From Pseudomonadota bacterium (GTDB lineage: Bacteria > Bdellovibrionota_B > Oligoflexia > Oligoflexales > CAIYRB01), in the NCBI GenBank assembly GCA_031416315.1, contig JANOTL010000166.1:1-15791 (forward strand): a DNA stretch of 15,791 nucleotides. The letters run 5' to 3'. Each line of letters starts with the position of its first letter. Position 1 is the first letter of the stretch. Under the pieces are notes generated by a model, which was not told where the DNA came from, did not search any database, and saw only the letters and a program-made list of their open reading frames with translations. A program made the position numbers and the translations under genes. This document shows, piece by piece, positions 14,005 to 15,791 of this stretch.

Positions 14005-15755
14005 ACCGTGACTTCGACGGGACGCTTGTTGACCAGGCAGCGATTGGCCGTGACCGCAGGCAGGCCCGTGGTCGTCGCGTACTTCATCGACGCAGTCGCA
14101 CCGGCGCGGATCGTGCCGTCGGTGTCGGTCGGCGTGCTGAATTTCCAGTGCTTCAGGCCGTCGCTGCCGTCGACCGGAGCATGCTGCTTGCCGGCGGCGT
14201 CGATGATCGTGAACCCGAACTCGCAGGCCAGATCCCAGGTGTGGAGGTCGGTCGTGAGCGTGTTCTCGAGCTTGAGCTCGCCGCTCGTCGCGTCCAGCTT
14301 CTTGAAGTTGAGCGCAAGTTGGCCGGCGGCGCCGCCGGTCCATTTTTCCAGGGAGAAACGCTTGGTGCCGCCGACGACAGGGGCGGTGATCTCGCCTATG
14401 TACTGCTTGCCTAAAATGCCGGTCTGCTCGATGAAACGCAGCTTAAAGCCGTGGACCGCGCACTCTTTGATGACGGCGTCGGCGCGGATCGTGCCGGAGA
14501 AGGGCGAAGCGAAGTCGTAGTAGCTGTTCGCCGTGAAAACGAAGCTTTCGCGGCCCTGCGGATCGTAGAGAAGCTTCAGCTCAGAGTCTTCGCAGATCAT
14601 CACCGCCTTGGTCGAGGGCGCCGCCGGCGCCGTCCAGCTCGCGGCCGGCGCCGTGCGCTTCGCCACCAGCTTCAACGTCGTTTCCGTCGCGCCTTGCAGC
14701 TCGACCTTGAAGGCGTCGCCGGCGCCGCCGAGCGAGAAATGGCAAGGCGTCATGGTGAAGGTCGAGCTCGAGCCGCCGGGGCCTTCGCCACTGGTAAAGG
14801 CCGCGGTGGGGAGGAAGCGGTTGGTCAGGGTCAGGTCGTTGCCGCCTTCGGAGTCTTCCGTCGTCTTCTCCAGCTTCGCATAGCAGTGGCTATCGACGAA
14901 GTCGGTGACGTCGGCCGCGGTCGTTGTCGGGTTGGTGGCGCGAAAGCGCGCCGTCTCGCCGTCGATCCAGGCTTTGAAGGCGGAGACGCGGGAGTAGACG
15001 CCCGGTTTGCCCGAAAGCGCGCAACCGTCGCCCCAGCTGACGACGCCGACGAGGACGTCGTCGCCCGCGCCGTTCTTGGCGATCAAGGGGCCGCCCGAAT
15101 CGCCTTGGCAGCTGTCTTTGCCGCCAAGCGCAAAGTCGCCGGCGCAGATCTGCGAGGCTTGCATGGCGCCGTAGGCGTCGCGGCACGATTCGAGGCTCAC
15201 GACCGGGACGTCGACCTCGCGCAGGCCGTCCTCGAACAGGGAGCCGTAAGACGTGGTGTTGCCCCAGCCGATGACCGTGGCGAAGCCGCCGGTCGCCGTC
15301 TCGGGGAGGTTCGCCTGGGTGTTGAGCGCGATCGGCTGCACGTCGGCCGGCAGGGCGTCCTCGTCGTAGGCGGCGAGGAAGAGAAGGGCGATGTCGTTGC
15401 CCATCACGTCGTCGTTGACCTTGAGGTAGTCCGGGTGAATGCGGACGGCGGCGACGGCGATCGTCGCGGCATTGCCGTGGTCGCTGTTGTTGCGCAGACC
15501 GACCGAGACGCGCATGCGGGCGGCGGCGTCCTTCACGCAGTGGGCGGCGGTCAGGACGACGTCGCGGGCGATGAAGGACGCGCCGCAAAAGGCAGTCCGG
15601 CCGCCCTCGTCGATCAGCCCGGCCATGAAGGGGTGCGAGCCGGCCTCGCGACCGCCGATGATCTTGGGGTCGGAGACGCTGGGAGCGGCGCGGTCGCAGG
15701 CGGCGAGAAGGGCAGTGAGAAGAAGGCCCTGGGCGATTCGACCGCGGCGCTGCAT
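13998..15755 (-). CDS. Trypsin-like serine protease (S1A) lipoprotein with a long C-terminal extension
   Basis: Lipobox 'LLAAC'; mature N-terminus 'K|IIGG'; catalytic triad in 'TAAHC', 'DIAL' and 'GDSGGP'; Asp189 equivalent in 'GKDSCQG'. GGAG SD upstream; 7-bp convergent overlap with the M48 gene. Confidence 0.93.
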   Translation of the reverse strand: MQRRGRIAQGLLLTALLAACDRAAPSVSDPKIIGGREAGSHPFMAGLIDEGGRTAFCGASFIARDVVLTAAHCVKDAAARMRVSVGLRNNSDHGNAATIAVAAVRIHPDYLKVNDDVMGNDIALLFLAAYDEDALPADVQPIALNTQANLPETATGGFATVIGWGNTTSYGSLFEDGLREVDVPVVSLESCRDAYGAMQASQICAGDFALGGKDSCQGDSGGPLIAKNGAGDDVLVGVVSWGDGCALSGKPGVYSRVSAFKAWIDGETARFRATNPTTTAADVTDFVDSHCYAKLEKTTEDSEGGNDLTLTNRFLPTAAFTSGEGPGGSSSTFTMTPCHFSLGGAGDAFKVELQGATETTLKLVAKRTAPAASWTAPAAPSTKAVMICEDSELKLLYDPQGRESFVFTANSYYDFASPFSGTIRADAVIKECAVHGFKLRFIEQTGILGKQYIGEITAPVVGGTKRFSLEKWTGGAAGQLALNFKKLDATSGELKLENTLTTDLHTWDLACEFGFTIIDAAGKQHAPVDGSDGLKHWKFSTPTDTDGTIRAGATASMKYATTTGLPAVTANRCLVNKRPVEVTVQ

Positions 15756-15791
15756 GCAAGACTCCGAGAGAAATTCGTAGGTTCGAATTGG

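Noticed and set aside
15772..15789. AATTCG-N6-CGAATT inverted repeat upstream of the trypsin gene
   Set aside because: The arms are only 6 bp and sit at the window edge; it could be an operator but cannot be supported.

Overview
High-GC, gene-dense bacterial window with 13 supported CDSs. The lipoprotein trypsin, the AHDVRKPF-type hybrid kinase and the many peptidases suggest a Bdellovibrionota/Oligoflexia-like or related delta-proteobacterial lineage; this is inference only. In order: the 3' part of a class A penicillin-binding protein; an M14 (CCP/Nna1-like) carboxypeptidase; a minus-strand run joined by 4-nt stop/start overlaps (EamA/DMT transporter -> heme-oxygenase-like diiron enzyme -> LivJ/K-type solute-binding protein -> hybrid histidine kinase); a SAM methyltransferase on the plus strand; an HExxH metallopeptidase; ung; fabH; a TlpA-like thioredoxin; an M48 peptidase; and a lipoprotein trypsin. 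The best candidate for an undescribed system is 2916-8994, which looks like a make-export-sense small-molecule module behind a sigma54-type promoter (8880-8896, minus strand) with an upstream inverted repeat. The methyltransferase lies between that promoter and the operon in the opposite orientation. It is bracketed by short inverted repeats and overlapped by an antisense ORF coupled to the transporter. This could be an invertible gene, a non-contiguous operon or an assembly inversion. No rRNA, tRNA, CRISPR array or transposase was seen.
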